A stretch of 64,000 nucleotides of DNA from NCBI GenBank assembly GCA_965214605.1, contig OZ243961.1:3872001-3936000 (forward strand). Direction: 5' to 3'. The stretch is from an uncultured Candidatus Binatia bacterium (GTDB lineage Bacteria > Desulfobacterota > Binatia > Bin18). The translations under genes and the position numbers were made by a program. The notes below the pieces were generated by a model. The model ran no database searches, had not been told where the DNA came from, and worked only from the letters and a program-made list of their open reading frames with translations. Below, in pieces: positions 40,414 to 50,753 of this stretch; the stretch's first letter is position 1, and each line of letters begins with the position of its first letter.

Positions 40414-41685
40414 ATGGGACGTACTTTTTTTCGCGGAGCAAATCTGATCGACGGGCTCCATAGACCCAAAGCGAACGCCACCGTGGTGGTCGAGGGCGAG
40501 CGCATTACCGCGGTCGGCGCAGGCAGCCGGGCGCCCAAGCCGACCGCTCAGGACACGGTGTATGACCTAAGCGGAAAATCGCTGATGCCGGGTATGGTCC
40601 AGAGTCACTATCATGTGGCCTATGCCAATATCAGTGATCTGAACGACATTGATATGAAATACCACCCGACCCATCTGGCGCTGATTGCGGCTAAAAATGC
40701 CGAGTTGCTGCTGCGCAGCGGTTTCACCGGCGCGGTCGGGGCGGGGACGCTGCACAATATCGACGTCTCACTCAAGAAGGCCATTAATGCGGGTCTGATT
40801 CCCGGCCCGCGTTTTATGGCCGCCGGTCGGGATGTAGTCACTACCGGTGACTCTGTTGATAGCCATCCGTCATTTTGGAACCTCAAGATGGATGGTCTGG
40901 CCTATATCTGTGATGGTCCGGATGAGTTCCGCAAAGCCATCCGAGCAGAAATTAAAGATGGCGTGGATATAATCAAGCTGTATCCGACCGGCGGGCACGG
41001 CTTACCCTGGCCAATTGAGACCATGACTATGAGCCAGGATGAGCTTGAGGCGGCATCCAACGCGACCCACGAACGGGGGAAAAAGATTCGCGGCCATATC
41101 TGCTCCAAGAAAGGCATCAAAGCCGCCCTCAAAGCCAAGGTCGATCTGATCGATCACGGCGACCGTTTAGACGAGGAGTGCATTGACCTGATGGCCGAGA
41201 ACGGGACGTTTTTAACGCCCAGCTTGTATTTTCCGTGGATGGTGGTTGAGGAGAACAAACGGAGCGGCAAGGTCATGTGGGATGAGATTGAGGGTATGAG
41301 TCGCGGGGTCGACAACTTTGCCAAGATGCTGCCCAAGGCCAATAAAGCTGGCGTCAAGCTTTTAATTGGAGATGATTTTGGTATCTCGATCATGCCCCAC
41401 GGGGATTATGCCAAAGAACTCGAAGCCTATGTTGAGGGCGCGGGGATTAATCCGCTCGATGTCATTCGCTGGGCGACGGTCAACGGCGCGGACCTGATGG
41501 GCATGAAGGACGAGCTGGGATCGATCGAAGCTGGTAAACTGGCCGATCTCCTCGTGGTCAACGGCAATCCGGCCAAAGACATCACTGTCCTCCAGGATCG
41601 CAACAACCTTGAGGTTATTATGAAGGGCGGCGAGATGTTTGAGTGCCAGCTCACCCCGAGCAAGGTTCAGCTCAAAGCCGCCTAA
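40414..41685 (+). CDS. Metal-dependent amidohydrolase
   Basis: MPGMVQSHYH; DHGD; GSIEAGKLADLLVV. Confidence 0.9.
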   Translation: MGRTFFRGANLIDGLHRPKANATVVVEGERITAVGAGSRAPKPTAQDTVYDLSGKSLMPGMVQSHYHVAYANISDLNDIDMKYHPTHLALIAAKNAELLLRSGFTGAVGAGTLHNIDVSLKKAINAGLIPGPRFMAAGRDVVTTGDSVDSHPSFWNLKMDGLAYICDGPDEFRKAIRAEIKDGVDIIKLYPTGGHGLPWPIETMTMSQDELEAASNATHERGKKIRGHICSKKGIKAALKAKVDLIDHGDRLDEECIDLMAENGTFLTPSLYFPWMVVEENKRSGKVMWDEIEGMSRGVDNFAKMLPKANKAGVKLLIGDDFGISIMPHGDYAKELEAYVEGAGINPLDVIRWATVNGADLMGMKDELGSIEAGKLADLLVVNGNPAKDITVLQDRNNLEVIMKGGEMFECQLTPSKVQLKAA

Positions 41686-41801
41686 TGAGGAGGGCTGCAG
41701 AGGCGGGTGGTCCGCCCCCCGCCCGGCCAGTCTTGGCCACCCCGCCTGCCTTATCCGCTCCCGCTCCTCTCTCCCATCATTTTTTCTAGGAGACGCACCT
41801 C

Positions 41802-42932
41802 ATGAGCCGGATTATCGACGCCGACAGTCATTTTATGGAGCCACTTGATCTGTGGGAGCGCTATATAGAACCGCAGTACCGGTCCCGATGCTTACGCTTT
41901 CGCCAAGAGCCCGACGGCCATTACATTATGCTGGTCAACGAAGACAAGCAGGTCCGTGGTGTTGGCGAGTTCAGCATGGAACAGCTGCTCGGGGTGGGGG
42001 TGGGCTATGGCCAAAAGGAAGAGGGATCGGGGTTGGGCCACTTTGATTTTTCGGCCGCCTTCAACAACAGTCTCGAAGACATGGACGCCCGGGTCGCTTT
42101 CCTCGACCAGCAAGGCATGGCCTCCCAGTTCATCTATCCCACTCTGGGGCTGCTGTGGGAGGGCCAAGTCACTGACCCTGAATTGGCCGCCGCTCACTGT
42201 CGAGCCTATAATACCTGGGCCTTGGAGGTGTGTGCCAAGCATCGTGAGCGGCTCTTCCCGGTCGGTCATATTTCCCTCCGTCATCCCCAGGCGGCCGTCC
42301 GGGAACTCGAGCGTTTAGCCCGGGCCGGGGTGCGGGCGGTGTTTGTTGGCGCGCTCCCGATTGAGGGCAAGAGCTTTGGCTGTCCGGATTTTGATCCGAT
42401 TTGGGCCAGCGCCGAAGCGCTGGACCTCGCGGTTGGCATTCATCTGGTCGTGCACCGCAACTATATCGGTCATGACTGGTATGAGGATCGTCGGCCGGGC
42501 TTTATGTATCTCAGTATGAACACTATCCAAGATCCGCGTATAGCGCTCACCACGATGGTCTACGACGGGGTATTTGAGCGGTTCCCACGCCTGCGGGTCG
42601 CCACGATTGAGGCGGCTAGCGGCTGGGTCGTCGAGTGGGTCGATCGACTCGATTATCGCTATAGCTATATGGGCCACACCTGTCAGATGAAGCGGCCCGC
42701 CAGCGAATATTTTGAGCGCAATATCTGGATTGGTGCCGATCCAGAAGAGCGCCTACTGCCCTATATGGTTGAGCTGCTCGGCGACCACAAGTTTTTCATC
42801 GGCTCCGATTACCCACACGCCGAGGGCTTTGTCGAGCCGGTCGCCAAAGCCCGTAAGGCGCTCGCTAGCTTGCCTCCGGCCGCGGTAGATAAAATCCTGG
42901 GCGATAATGCCGTGCAGTTTTTTAGGGTCTGA
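41802..42932 (+). CDS. Amidohydrolase 2 family
   Basis: IDADSH; GSDYPH. Confidence 0.9.
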   Translation: MSRIIDADSHFMEPLDLWERYIEPQYRSRCLRFRQEPDGHYIMLVNEDKQVRGVGEFSMEQLLGVGVGYGQKEEGSGLGHFDFSAAFNNSLEDMDARVAFLDQQGMASQFIYPTLGLLWEGQVTDPELAAAHCRAYNTWALEVCAKHRERLFPVGHISLRHPQAAVRELERLARAGVRAVFVGALPIEGKSFGCPDFDPIWASAEALDLAVGIHLVVHRNYIGHDWYEDRRPGFMYLSMNTIQDPRIALTTMVYDGVFERFPRLRVATIEAASGWVVEWVDRLDYRYSYMGHTCQMKRPASEYFERNIWIGADPEERLLPYMVELLGDHKFFIGSDYPHAEGFVEPVAKARKALASLPPAAVDKILGDNAVQFFRV

Positions 42933-42948
42933 AAAATCTACGTCGATT

Positions 42949-43807
42949 TTATTCTTTTGAGGCCATGAAACCAGTGAGAGGCGGTTTGGCCATAAAGGCG
43001 TCCCAGAACGAGGTGTTCCGCTAGGAGGGATGCAAATAGGGGCCGACCCACTGAAAATCGGCAAAGCCGGCTTCTTGAAAGCTCTGTCGCTTCCGGCGGC
43101 GGCTCTACCGGCGTCGGGACCCACTGAAAATCGGCAAAGCCGGCTTCTTGAAAGCTCTGTCGCTTCCGGCGGCGGCTCTACCGGCGTCGGGACCCACTGA
43201 AAATCGGCAAAGCCGGCTTCTTGAAAGGCTTCCCGACAGGTCTCCGGTGTCAGAAAAAAGTTCTTGAACTCAAACTGCCGCCCGTCTTCGTTAGTAAACC
43301 TGTAGATAATGGCGATCCCTTCTGTGAGGGGACGGGCGCAGGTTCTTTCAAAGCTGTACTGTCCCCAGGAGTCGGTTTCAGCAGGTGGAAGCCGGATATT
43401 ATCGTTGAAGCCGACAAATCGCCCTCCGGGTCGCAAGGCCTGGGAGACGACTAAGCAGAAGCGGAGGAGTTCGCCCCTGGTCTTAGCGTAATTCAGCAGA
43501 TACAGGGCCACCGCCACATGCTTGGGAGAGTTCCAGCTCTGCCACATCCTGATTGAGATAGGTGCAGCCGAGCGGGTGGCTCCGCTCTTCTTTCTCTGCC
43601 AGCCGGATCATTTCCGATGACGTGCGCGGCCCCGGCCTGCTTGAGTTTGCGGGTATAAAACCCCTTGCCGTAAGCTAGGTTCAACACCTGCTTGTCCCGA
43701 ATATCTCCCAGCGTCTCGAACAAGGTATATTCTTCAATATATTTGCGCCACGGATGGTGTTTGGAGTCTCTGTAGGCCGTAGCAATGAAATCGTACTCGT
43801 GACTCAT
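42949..43807 (-). pseudogene. Class I SAM-dependent methyltransferase, disrupted
   Basis: VLNLAYGKGFYTR; YLLNYA; LRPGGRF. Contains frameshifts, a stop and the 43045-43227 insertion. Confidence 0.75.
43045..43227 (+). CRISPR. CRISPR-like ectopic array: 3 x 37-bp repeat, 2 x identical 36-bp spacer, inside a CDS
   Basis: GACCCACTGAAAATCGGCAAAGCCGGCTTCTTGAAAG at 43045, 43118 and 43191. Confidence 0.7.
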
Positions 43808-43900
43808 GGGGAGATGCTCCCGGGCAAAAGACTCTTTTTTCCGATATGTCCCTACTTGGTGCCGGTGCTGCTGGAAAGTGTCTTGGGCGGCGCGGCGCCA

Positions 43901-44359
43901 CTACTCTTCAAGGAGCTCATCTAGCTGGACTAGGATGCCGTCCGGGTCACACAGAAAGGCACTGTGAAACGTGCCGTCCGCAGTCTTGGCCTTGCTGGGT
44001 GGCACCACAAACTCGGCCCCTTTGGCTTTTAGTTCCTCATACACGCCCGGCAGGTCTTCGACCCAAAACGCAAAATGATGCACGCCGATCTGATCGAGCT
44101 TGATCGGCTCGCCGCTGACCGGCTTATCGGAGTGCTCTGACAGGACGAGAAACGCCTCGTCTTTCCCACGTTTCCAGTACAGGGTAGCCACCCGGCGCTG
44201 ATCGTGAGGGTCTTTATACAGGGCTGGCAACACCGTTCCCTGGGTGGGCTGGATTTCGTCTCGGATGACCTCAAAACCGAGCAAGTCACGATAGAAGGTC
44301 AGGGATTTGTCCATATCTCGAACGCCAACCGCAATGTGTGAGACGCCTTTGGTTCTCAT
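43901..44359 (-). CDS. VOC/glyoxalase family protein
   Basis: SHIAVGVRDMDKSLTFY; HHFAF; DPDGILVQL. Confidence 0.9.
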   Translation of the reverse strand: MRTKGVSHIAVGVRDMDKSLTFYRDLLGFEVIRDEIQPTQGTVLPALYKDPHDQRRVATLYWKRGKDEAFLVLSEHSDKPVSGEPIKLDQIGVHHFAFWVEDLPGVYEELKAKGAEFVVPPSKAKTADGTFHSAFLCDPDGILVQLDELLEE

Positions 44360-44485
44360 ATGTATTTCCTCCTGCCTTCTTGTCTGCCACCTGGAGGCCA
44401 AAGTCAAGCGAGACGAGGTGCCCCAAGACTTTACAAGCTGGCCGCGAGCTGGAACAGTGACCGAAAGCTTAGGAGGAATACTGCG

Positions 44486-46276
44486 GTGGCGAGCACCGGA
44501 CGACACGCTGAGGGAATCAGCTGGAATTTAGACGATTTGTACCAGGGTCCGGACGATCCGCGCCTGGAGGCGGACCTGGCTGAAGCAAAACGCCGGGCCC
44601 AGGCATTTGTCCGTTCCTATCGAGGCAAAATCGCGACGGCTCAGCTCGACGGACCCGGCTTGGCCGCCGCGCTGGTCGAGTATGAGGCACTGTCGGCACT
44701 CGAATCCCGCCCATCGTTCTACGCCTCCTTGTTGTTTGCCGCGGATACTCAGAATCAGAGGGCTCAGCAGCTCGTCCAGCGCACCCGCGAGGCGGCTACA
44801 GAGACCGGCAATCTAACCGTTTTTTTCAATCTTGAACTGATCGCCCTTGACAACAAACGGCTGGCGCGGCTGCTGACTAGCCCGGAGCTGGCTGCGTATC
44901 GGCACTATATTGAAGCCCTGCGTCGCTTTAAGCCGTATACCCTGAGCGAAAAAGAAGAGCAGCTGCTGAATCAGAAGAAGCTGTCCGGCCAGAGCGCCTT
45001 TGTCCAGCTGTTTGGCGAACTCAGCGGCTCGCTGCGTTTTGAGCTAGAGCTGGACGGCGAACGGCAGGAGTTGACAGACGGAGAAGTCCTGGCCCTGCTG
45101 CGCAACCCAGACGCGGCGATCCGCCGCCGCGCCCTCACAACTTTTCTGGAAACCTATGCCGAGCACGGCCTCGTGCTGACGTCGATATTCAATAACCTCC
45201 TGCTCGACCACAAGATTGAGTGTGATATCCGCCACTATGATGATGTGGTTATGCCGACCCATCTGGCCAACGAGATCGCGCCGACCACGTTTGAAGCGAT
45301 GATGCGGGCGGTCGAGCAACACTACCCGCTGGCCCAAGAATACTTTCGACTCAAGGCTCGCCTGCTGGACTTGGAGCGTTTGAGCTATAGCGACGTCTAT
45401 GCCCCGCTTGAAACCACGGCCGAGACTATTCCGTTTTCTGCCGCACAAGAACTTATTGTGACTGCCTTTGGCCAGGCGGATGAGCGGTTTGCGGTGCTGG
45501 CCTCGGATTTTTTTCACAATCGCTGGATTGACGCCGAGGTGCGGGCTGGCAAGCGCGTCGGGGCTTTTTGTGCCGCCCTGTCACCCCAACATCACCCGTA
45601 TATTCTGTGTAGCTACACAGGGACAAGCCGCGATGTCGCAACTGTAGCCCACGAGTTGGGCCATGGGATTCACTACTCCTTAGCCCGACGCAACAGCCTG
45701 CTGAACTACGACGCGCCGCTGGTACTGGCCGAGACCGCTTCGGTGTTTGCCGAAATCGTGCTGACCCAACATCTGCTGGCCCAAGCTCGCGACCCGGCGG
45801 CTCGACGGGCAATCCTGTGTGACACACTTGAAGATATGTATGGTACGGTGTTTCGTCAGACCGCACTGACCCGGTTTGAGATCGAGGCCCACGCCCAACG
45901 CCCGAAAGGCGTGCTCAGCGCCGAAGATCTCGGGCGGCTGTGGTGGCAGGAGCAGGAAAAATTATTCGCCGACAGCGTTGAACTCCCACCGGTCTACCGC
46001 TGGGGCTGGTCGTATATTCCGCATTTTATCCATAGCCGCTTTTACTGCTACTCATATTCGTTTGGAGAGTTGCTGACGCTGGCCCTGTTTCAGCGTTACG
46101 TTGATGAGGGACCGACGTTTATGCCGGCCTATCTTCAGCTACTCGAAAGCGGTGGCTCGCAACGGCCCGAACACGCCCTGGCCCAGCTCGGCATAGATAT
46201 TAACCGACCAGAGTTCTGGGAACAGGGGTTTGAGGTTATCCGGGGCTTCTTGAGCGATTTACAGGAGATCGTGTGA
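44486..46276 (+). CDS. pepF: M3 oligoendopeptidase F
   Basis: WNLDDLY; TVAHELGHGIH; AETASVF; IPHF..FYCYSY. Confidence 0.9.
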   Translation: MASTGRHAEGISWNLDDLYQGPDDPRLEADLAEAKRRAQAFVRSYRGKIATAQLDGPGLAAALVEYEALSALESRPSFYASLLFAADTQNQRAQQLVQRTREAATETGNLTVFFNLELIALDNKRLARLLTSPELAAYRHYIEALRRFKPYTLSEKEEQLLNQKKLSGQSAFVQLFGELSGSLRFELELDGERQELTDGEVLALLRNPDAAIRRRALTTFLETYAEHGLVLTSIFNNLLLDHKIECDIRHYDDVVMPTHLANEIAPTTFEAMMRAVEQHYPLAQEYFRLKARLLDLERLSYSDVYAPLETTAETIPFSAAQELIVTAFGQADERFAVLASDFFHNRWIDAEVRAGKRVGAFCAALSPQHHPYILCSYTGTSRDVATVAHELGHGIHYSLARRNSLLNYDAPLVLAETASVFAEIVLTQHLLAQARDPAARRAILCDTLEDMYGTVFRQTALTRFEIEAHAQRPKGVLSAEDLGRLWWQEQEKLFADSVELPPVYRWGWSYIPHFIHSRFYCYSYSFGELLTLALFQRYVDEGPTFMPAYLQLLESGGSQRPEHALAQLGIDINRPEFWEQGFEVIRGFLSDLQEIV

Positions 46277-46279
46277 GTC

Positions 46280-46882
46280 ATGTACGCGCGTGTTATTCCA
46301 CTGCGATTCAAGCCGAACTATATAGACGATTTTTTGACCGTGTACCAAAAAGTCGCTGTTCCCGACCTGCTCCAACGTCGGGGGTTGGGCGGAGCCTTGG
46401 TGTTGACAGATGTTGAGTCGCAGCGAGGTCTGCTACTCTCGCTGTGGGAACAGGGGGACGACCTGCGGCACTCGCAGCCGCACAGCTAGCGCATCCTGTC
46501 AGCCATGCTGCTACCCTTTCTGGCCCAGCCGCCGACGCCTGTCTCCTATGAAGTGTGTGTCCACGCCGGCCACCATATCGGCGGACGGGCGGCACGGACG
46601 CTGAGCCTGCCGATAGCCGGCGAAAAGCTTGAGCAGGCCCTGACGGTTTATACCGAATCGCTGTTACCCGAACTAAAACAACAGGACGGTCTCCAGGGCG
46701 TGTTTTGGTTTGCTGACCGGCAGACCGGCAGCGGACTTGGCCTGACTCTGTGGTCCTCGTCCGAAGCGATGCGAGCGGCTGATGAGCCGGGCGCATTTTT
46801 TCCGCGTGCCGCACAAACCTTAGCCGAATTTTTTCAGGCCCCGCCGGCGCGGGGCTATTATGCGGTCAGCAGCCAGCTGTAA
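46280..46882 (+). pseudogene. Tandem ABM-like (dimeric alpha+beta barrel) protein with internal stop
   Basis: MYARV... two similar halves; in-frame TAG at 46487. Confidence 0.55.
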
Positions 46883-46926
46883 GATGCCGCGCGGCTTGCG
46901 CTCCCGCAGGCCTGTTCTCCGTCATC

Positions 46927-47394
46927 CTATAAAAACGGCTTCTTCTCCCAGCCCTGCTCATACGGCGTCCAAAAACTGGGAGTGACATTGAGGTGCTGAA
47001 ACTTCCACTCGCCGTTCACTCTCACATACGCCTCAGTATATGTTGCCGCTCCCCAAACCGCCTGCGTATTCTTGGCATAGGTGCAGGCCTGGAACAGACA
47101 CCAGTTGCCGGCGGCCGTCTCACCGTGCACCTCAATACGCGGATTCATGACATAATGGAGGGCAAAGGGGAGCTGTTTTGTGGCGCCGGAGAAGAACTTG
47201 CGGATTGCCGCCTGTCCTTCACATTTGCCGAACACATCCCCACCATCCCACACTCCATCTTCGACAAACAGACCGGCGATACCGTCTGGATCATAGCCGT
47301 CGTCACAAAAAGCGCAGTAGCGGGCTTTGAGGCGTTTGATCGCTTCGATATCTTCGAGGACCTGTAACCGTTGGGATAATGCTTCGAGATTCAT
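46927..47394 (-). CDS. SnoaL/NTF2-like protein
   Basis: EDIEAIKRLKARYCAFCD; paralog of 32783-33253. Confidence 0.85.
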   Translation of the reverse strand: MNLEALSQRLQVLEDIEAIKRLKARYCAFCDDGYDPDGIAGLFVEDGVWDGGDVFGKCEGQAAIRKFFSGATKQLPFALHYVMNPRIEVHGETAAGNWCLFQACTYAKNTQAVWGAATYTEAYVRVNGEWKFQHLNVTPSFWTPYEQGWEKKPFL

Positions 47395-47449
47395 GATGGT
47401 TCGATTAGTCTAGGGCTGCCGGATTGTCAAGCGAGAGACGGCTCAGATT

Positions 47450-47578
47450 GGGCCGTCTCTCCTCGTTGCTTTCCTCTCGACTCAGCGGGCACAATCCGAC
47501 CATCGCGCGTGGGCAGGTTTCAATCTCCTACGGAGCGTTGGCTTCATTTCGGAGCTCCGCAGCATTTTTCTTGTAAAA
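47450..47578 (-). CRISPR. Orphan I-D mini-array: leader motif, repeat, 35-nt spacer, degenerate repeat
   Basis: Repeat 47517-47553 is 32/37 identical to the main repeat; a 17-bp leader motif is shared with the main array. Confidence 0.7.
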
Positions 47579-47739
47579 AGCAAGCCTGTTCCCTCTGCCG
47601 CTAGGCGATGTTCCGGGAAGAAAGGGCTCATTTTAAACGAGTTTCTATCCCCTCTTCTGCCTGTTGCGGGACAAGGCGACATGATGAGTGAGGCGAGGAA
47701 CTCGGTCAATTAGAAAAAAGGGATCCTGAGGGGAAAATC

Positions 47740-47771
47740 AGGCTCAGTCTCAACCTAGAGAGACTGAGCCT
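47740..47771. terminator. 12-bp perfect hairpin, probable terminator
   Basis: AGGCTCAGTCTC-N8-GAGACTGAGCCT with adjacent A runs. Confidence 0.5.
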
Positions 47772-47891
47772 CGAAAAAAAGAGATGGAGCGAACTTTTTC
47801 GCTATGGTGGCTACTGTCCGCTTTCTTAATCAGTTCACTACAGGATAGGGGTGCTTAGATAGTAGAAAGAGAACCCTCTTTCTAAGGAGCG

Positions 47892-48266
47892 GTGAGTCTG
47901 GAGGCCCGGCCCGGCAGGTCGCTCCTGTTCGCCGTCTATCCGGGCACCGAGCTGTCGAGTCCTGACCACTACATCCTATTCTACATCGGTAACGAGCCGC
48001 TGTCGTCCTGGCTGTTCCAGCCGGTGATCGTCAACGCCTGGTCGGGAGAGATGATCGCGGCGCCCGACATGCCCTGGTACATCACCATGCTGCTGCTCTC
48101 GCAGCCGCTGCACTTGGGGGACTACGGCGGGATCGGTCTCAAGATCGCGTGGGCGCTGCTCGACGTTGGCATGATCATCGTGCTGTGGAGCGGGCTCATG
48201 CTGTGGTGGCGGAAGTGCTCGAAGATACCCGAGATCGATCTCGGGCCCACCGGGGCGCCAGCATGA
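47892..48266 (+). pseudogene. PepSY-associated TM protein, C-terminal fragment
   Basis: MPWYITMLLLSQPLHLGDYGGIGLKIAWALLD..SGLMLWW. Confidence 0.7.
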
Positions 48267-48519
48267 ACGCCGCCACCTTGCGGCGCCTCTAGGCCTGGCC
48301 GCTCGCCATAGGAGCGGGCCTTGATTTCGGATTGGTCTGCGCACTGGTGGCGGATGGTTTCTGGGACGTCACCGGGGCGCTCTGTCTGGGCGCGCCAGCC
48401 GCGTTCTGTCTCTGGCTGACGGCCCGGGAAACACGCGGCGGAGTCGGCCCTGAGCGAAGTCTCTCCTGGACGGATGACCGACGGCTATCTCCAGGATGGC
48501 CGGTGACATGGAGCACGTA

Positions 48520-49410
48520 ATGAACAACGGCATCGAAGGTTTGCAGGTCACGAAACTGACGAAGACGTACCTGGGCGGCATCCGCGCTCTCGACGCCGTC
48601 GACCTGACGGTCGGCCTGGGCCTCTACGGCCTGCTAGGCCCCAACGGCGCGGGCAAGAGCACCTTGATGCGGACCCTAGCCACGCTGCAGCAGCCCGACA
48701 ACGGCTCGATCACGCTGGACGGAGTGGACGCGCTCGCCGACCCCGACTACGTGCGCCGGCGGCTGGGCTACCTGACGCAGCAGATCGGCACCTATCCGAC
48801 CGTCACCGGACGGCAGCTCCTGGAACCGTTCGCCTGGCTCAAGGGCCGGACCGACGCGGCGGAACGCCGGCGGGCGGTCGCCGAGCTCCTCGAGCGGGTG
48901 AACCTGTGGGCGGACGCGGATCGCGCCGTCTCCACCTACTCCGGGGGCATGCTGCGCCGGTTCGGCATCGCCCTGGCCGGCAACCCGCGGCTGCTCATCG
49001 TCGACGAGCCCACCGCCGGTCTCGACCCCGCCGAACGCAGCCGCTTCCACCGCGTGCTAGCCGACAGCGCTGCCGACAACATCGTGCTGCTGTCGACCCA
49101 TATCGTCGACGACATCGAGAGCCTGTGCGAGCGGCTGTCCATCCTCGCGGGCGGGCGGATCGTCGCCGAAGGAACGCCGGTTGCCCTGACCGCACCGCTC
49201 GAAGGCCGCCTCTGGTCGCGCGTGGTGCCGTGCGGCGAGCCGCTGCCGGACGCTGTGCTGCACGTTTCGGCGACGCCAGCGGGCTCGCTCGTCGTCGAGG
49301 CGGCCTCGACCCCAGGGGAGATCTGGGTGCCCCACGCGCCGAGACTGGAGGACGTCTACCACGCGGCGATCGCCCGCGCCGGGTTCCGGGACGAGGAGGC
49401 GGTGGCGTGA
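48520..49410 (+). CDS. ABC transporter ATP-binding protein
   Basis: GPNGAGKST; YSGGM; IVDEPTAGLD; STH. Confidence 0.9.
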   Translation: MNNGIEGLQVTKLTKTYLGGIRALDAVDLTVGLGLYGLLGPNGAGKSTLMRTLATLQQPDNGSITLDGVDALADPDYVRRRLGYLTQQIGTYPTVTGRQLLEPFAWLKGRTDAAERRRAVAELLERVNLWADADRAVSTYSGGMLRRFGIALAGNPRLLIVDEPTAGLDPAERSRFHRVLADSAADNIVLLSTHIVDDIESLCERLSILAGGRIVAEGTPVALTAPLEGRLWSRVVPCGEPLPDAVLHVSATPAGSLVVEAASTPGEIWVPHAPRLEDVYHAAIARAGFRDEEAVA

Positions 49411-50753
49411 CGATGCTGCGTTTCGTGGCCGCGGAAGGGAAGCGTGGTACGAGTTCCGCGCCGGTTGCCGGGGGCCGCGCGGCACCGTGGCCGCGCTCCA
49501 CGGACCGTAGCGCGTGCGCGATGCGGACGGGGTCCTCGACGACGTGACAGCGATGCACGCCTGCGTCACCGCGCCCCGCGGCCGCGCGCCATCGGTCCGC
49601 AGGGTGCTGCAGGCCCCGCGCGAGCGTGGAGAAACCCCGCGTACTTTTTAGAGAAAATCAACCGCAACAGCAGGCCCCGCGCGAGCGTGGAGAAACTGCC
49701 CTCTATGGCGATGTGCTCTGGCTGCCCGAGCATGAGGGATGGGACATCGCGAGAGAGGCTTTCGGCCGCTGGCAGCGCCGCGCGACGATCGCGGCCGCGC
49801 TGGCGGCACGCCTGCTGGCGGACGGAGCCAACCTGCGGAAGAAGCCCGGCAAAGGCTGGCTGCGCGTCGGCGTACCCGGCTGGGTCGGGCTGGAGTGCGT
49901 CCGGCAGGGGGACGGCGTAGCATGGCTAGCGCTACAGGCGCGCCAGTGACCAGGTCATCGAAGCACTCGGCGCACTGAACGCTCCCGCCGTCGGCGTGGC
50001 CGCGGCGGGCGACGTGCCGTGGGTGCGGGAGTACACGCCCTTGGCAACGGTCGCTTGGGCAGAGTCGGTTGGGTCGGCCGCCGCCGACGCGGTTGGCGTG
50101 ATGGTCGAGCGGATGCGAGCAGGCGTCCCGCTGGCCGACGCCCTGGTAGAGGCCATCGGCACCGGTACCGCCGCGGCGCTTCTCGGACCGCTGGAGTCGT
50201 CGGACGTCCTGGTCGGGCAGGCGGAGCAGACCCTCAACAGTGGCGGCCAGCGATGGCTCTGGCGCGGCGGCGGCTGGAGCCGGTCGCCGCGACCATTCAC
50301 GTGATGCAGCGGTTCGACGACGACAGCGGCAGCCGGCGGCGGATCGGCCCGGTGCCGACGACGGTCGCCCCCGGCGCGCCGTTCACGTTGACCGACGCCT
50401 GGCCGTCGTTCGAACGGACGCCGATCGACAACCTCTGGCAGGGCCCCAGCGACGATTGACGCCCGCTGTCCGCGGAGAGTTCATGAATAACGGAGGAATC
50501 GCCTGGGTTCGCGCGGAGTCCGGTAAGTTGTGTGTAATGCGTTAGCCCGGAGATTCAAGTACCATGGGAACGGGGTTGGCCTCGTTCGGTTCTCCAGGTC
50601 CTTTGGCATAATCTCCGATCCTGCCGCTTTAACCAAGCGATTCTTCAGATATTCCATCTCTATTTTGTTATTAGCGAACAGACCGAAGACGAACCGAAGC
50701 GTCAGCCTCTGTTCTATCTCAAGAGTGTCAGGTATATAGACCGCCGTATAAAG

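Noticed and set aside
22857-45517. Overlapping opposite-strand ORFs in the housekeeping block (e.g. 22857-23684, 28883-29632, 45044-45517)
   Set aside because: They overlap well-supported genes and carry no recognisable motifs.
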